The position numbers and the translations under genes were made by a program. A DNA stretch of 63,995 nucleotides, counting the filler, from Circinaria calcarea (taxonomy: Eukaryota), in the NCBI GenBank assembly GCA_051942165.1. It is 4 parts of 4 records of this genome, joined end to end, with 100 filler letters (N's around TTAATTAATTAA, not from the genome) between each part and the next. Parts side by side here need not be neighbours in the genome. Positions count along the whole stretch, not along the records: positions 50,281 to 63,995 come from JAVECS010000478.1; 3 more parts are not named here. One strand, written 5' to 3'. Shown here piece by piece: positions 61,494 through 63,995 of the stretch; positions within the stretch are counted from its first letter, which is position 1; every line of letters starts with the position of its first letter. The notes beneath the pieces are model-generated. The model did no database searches. It saw nothing but the letters and a program-made list of their open reading frames with translations, and had not been told where the DNA came from.

Positions 61494-63509
61494 ATGCGGA
61501 ATTTCCAACATGTTGCCCTCGGGCTGCTTGGGGCCGCCGCCGTAGCTGCTGCATCTGACGTCCACGATCTGAAGCAGGACACCTTCAACACTTTCATCAA
61601 GGAACATGACCTCGTCCTCGCCGAGTTCTTTGCCCCGTGGTGTGGTCACTGCAAAGCATTGGCGCCCGAGTATGAAGAAGCTGCCACCACGCTAAAGGAC
61701 AAGAACATTCCTCTAGCAAAGGTGGACTGCACCGAAGAGGCAGACCTCTGCAAGGAATACGGCGTCGAGGGCTATCCCACCATCAAACTCTTCCGAGGTC
61801 CAGACAGCGTTTCACAATATTCTGGACCGAGGAAAGCACCAGCGTAAGCTAAGCTCTCCATACCTTTGGGACGACCGTCCACTAACCCCTTTCCCATCAG
61901 CATCGTTTCATACATGACCAAGCAATCGTTACCGGCGGTATCGGTATTGACCAAAGACACACTGGAAGAGTTTAAGACCGCAGACAAAGTTGTTTTGGTC
62001 GCCTACTTCGACTCTGGCGACAAGACATCCAACACCACCTTCACCGAGGTCGCCGAGACACTACGAGATGATTACCTCTTCGGCGCTACCAACGATGCTG
62101 CTTTGGCCAAAGCGGAGGGCGTCAAGCAACCCAGCATTGTTTTATACAAGGCCTTCGACGAAGGAAAGAATACTTTCGAGGAAAAGTTCGACAAGGACAC
62201 CATCACCAAATTCGCCAAGACCGCCGCCGTTCCATTGGTTGGCGAGGTTGGCCCGGAGACTTATGCTGGCTACATGGCTGTATGTTGTTCTAGCTATGGC
62301 GGATTTTGCACTAATCGCTGACCCCATTGTAGGCTGGTATCCCCCTAGCGTACATCTTCGCCGAAACTCCCGAAGAACGTACTGAGCTCGCCGAAACCAT
62401 CAGACCCCTCGCACAAAAGCACAAGGGCGTCATTAACTTCGCGACCATTGATGCCAAGGCTTTTGGTGCTCATGCCGGAAACCTTAACCTTGACGCGGAG
62501 AAATTCCCAGCATTCGCCATCCAGGATATTGGAAAGAACGCCAAGTTTCCCTTTGATCAGGCCAAGAAGCTTACCCACAAGGAGATTGGAAGCTTCGTAC
62601 AGGATGTCATTGATGGCAAGATTGAGCCAAGCGTAAAGTCCGAGCCCATTCCCGAGAAGCAGGAAGGTCCCGTCACGGTGGTCGTCGCGCACAACTACAA
62701 AGATATCGTCATGGATGATGAGAAGGATGTTTTAATCGAGTACTATGCTCCATGGTGTGGTCACTGCAAAGCGTAAGTCTTCACTTGCGGGCAATTTCAA
62801 TTTCCGTATCCATCTAACCTGTTTCAGTCTCGCTCCTAAATATGAAGAGCTCGCCTCCATGTATGCCTCCAACCCAACTTTCGCCAAACAGGTCACCATC
62901 GCCAAAGTCGACGCTACTCTGAACGACGTTCCCGAAGAGATCCAAGGCTTCCCAACCATCAAGCTCTTTCCAGCTGGTGACAAGGGCGCTCCCTCTGATT
63001 ATAATGGCGACCGGACCATTGAGGATCTCGCTCAATTCGTCAAGGAAAAGGGCAAGTACAAGGTCGACGTGATGGCCGGAAAGAAGACGGCAGCAGATAA
63101 GGAAGGAGATGTCGAAATGCCAGATGCCGAGGAGATGGGACAAGCCGCCAAAGCTGCGACCAAGAAGGCCGGGGATGCTGCCAAGGCGGCAACGGATAAA
63201 GCTGGGGATGCTGCCAAGGCGGCAACAGATAAGGCTGGGGATTCAGCCAAGGCTGCGACCGAGAAGGCCGGGAATGCTGCTAAGGCGGCAACTGAGAAGG
63301 CTGGAGACGCGACCAAGAAGGCTGGAGAGGCCGTGAAGCCGGCAACCGAGGGGGCCGGAGATGCGGCCACGGCTGCGACAGAAAAGGCCCAGGAGACGGC
63401 GACGGGTATAAAGGAGACGATCAAGAGTAAGATCAGCGAGGTGGCGGACGCTGCCAAGACGGCGTTGGTGGACAGTGATGGGGATAAGGCCGAGCATGAT
63501 GAGTTGTGA
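61494..63509 (+). CDS. PDI1: Protein disulfide-isomerase with long repetitive C-terminal extension
   Basis: Signal peptide, two APWCGHCK thioredoxin sites, three introns, C-terminal HDEL. Confidence 0.97.
63144..63396 (+). repeat. 33-bp coding tandem repeat (11-mer AAKAAT(D/E/K)KAG(D/N)) in the PDI tail
   Basis: Five full units, one 7-aa partial unit and two degenerate units in the translation. Confidence 0.92.
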
Positions 63510-63995
63510 GCGTGTCCGGGAATGAAATGAAAGGAAAAATTTTCAGATTGTGTTTATCTGGGATGAAATGAGAGAAAAGGGGGGGTTGGGGGAGAGGGTG
63601 CAAGATTGTGACCATTTCTGTAACTTTAAACTCCTGATACTAACACCGACGGGTAAAAATATGGAAGGGGGGGCGATAACAATCCATTATACGAATCTAT
63701 GTATGCTACTGTCGTGCATGACTTTTGCATATCTTGTTCGAAGTCACGTTTTTTGTCAGGTGAAGCTTGAGCTCCCCGTGTATGTATGTGTATACACTAT
63801 GATATATAATACACAACGCCCCGCTTGGCAAGTTAGTGCAACCACACTACCTACCAAAAACAACTAACCATATTCTCGTGGTACAACTAACTGCAAGTGT
63901 AAGTGTCCGTGTCCACTAATTAGTGTGTGAGTGACACTCACTAACTAACTAATAGTTGTCAGTGTTAGTGTTAGTGTCTGTGTGTTGGGGGGGGT

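Noticed and set aside
63880..63995. CTAA/TTAGTG short repeats resembling telomeric sequence
   Set aside because: Irregular simple repeats, not a TTAGGG array.

Overview
Filamentous ascomycete (Pezizomycotina) genomic DNA with short GT-AG introns and CTAAC branch sites; a lichen-forming lineage is plausible but cannot be shown from this window. The window is not contiguous. It is four contigs joined by artificial 100-bp linkers (44 N + TTAATTAATTAA + 44 N) at 16674-16773, 33434-33533 and 50181-50280. Contig 1 (1-16673) is an accessory, decaying region. It holds two HeLo-like N-terminal-domain genes (one fused to ankyrin repeats and interrupted by a stop), an intact SDR beside a frameshifted glutamate-decarboxylase-like gene and a truncated NOP9 copy, a small kinase, a small Cys-rich protein, a viperin (RSAD2) fragment, a probable DUF3435 Starship-captain C-terminus and a JmjC fragment. 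Contig 2 opens with two more dead DUF3435-like tyrosine-recombinase fragments, followed by core genes (mitochondrial phosphate carrier, Zn2Cys6 transcription factor). Contig 3 has EMC1 plus secreted or membrane accessory genes. Contig 4 is housekeeping (RPA2, ARL8, RCR-type protein, SRC1/HEH, PDI1). The best leads are the Starship-captain relics next to immune-type genes, a PDI with a LEA group 3-like 11-mer repeat tail, and a dispersed ~105-bp tRNA-like element present on two contigs. All family assignments come from motif recognition by eye; no searches were run.
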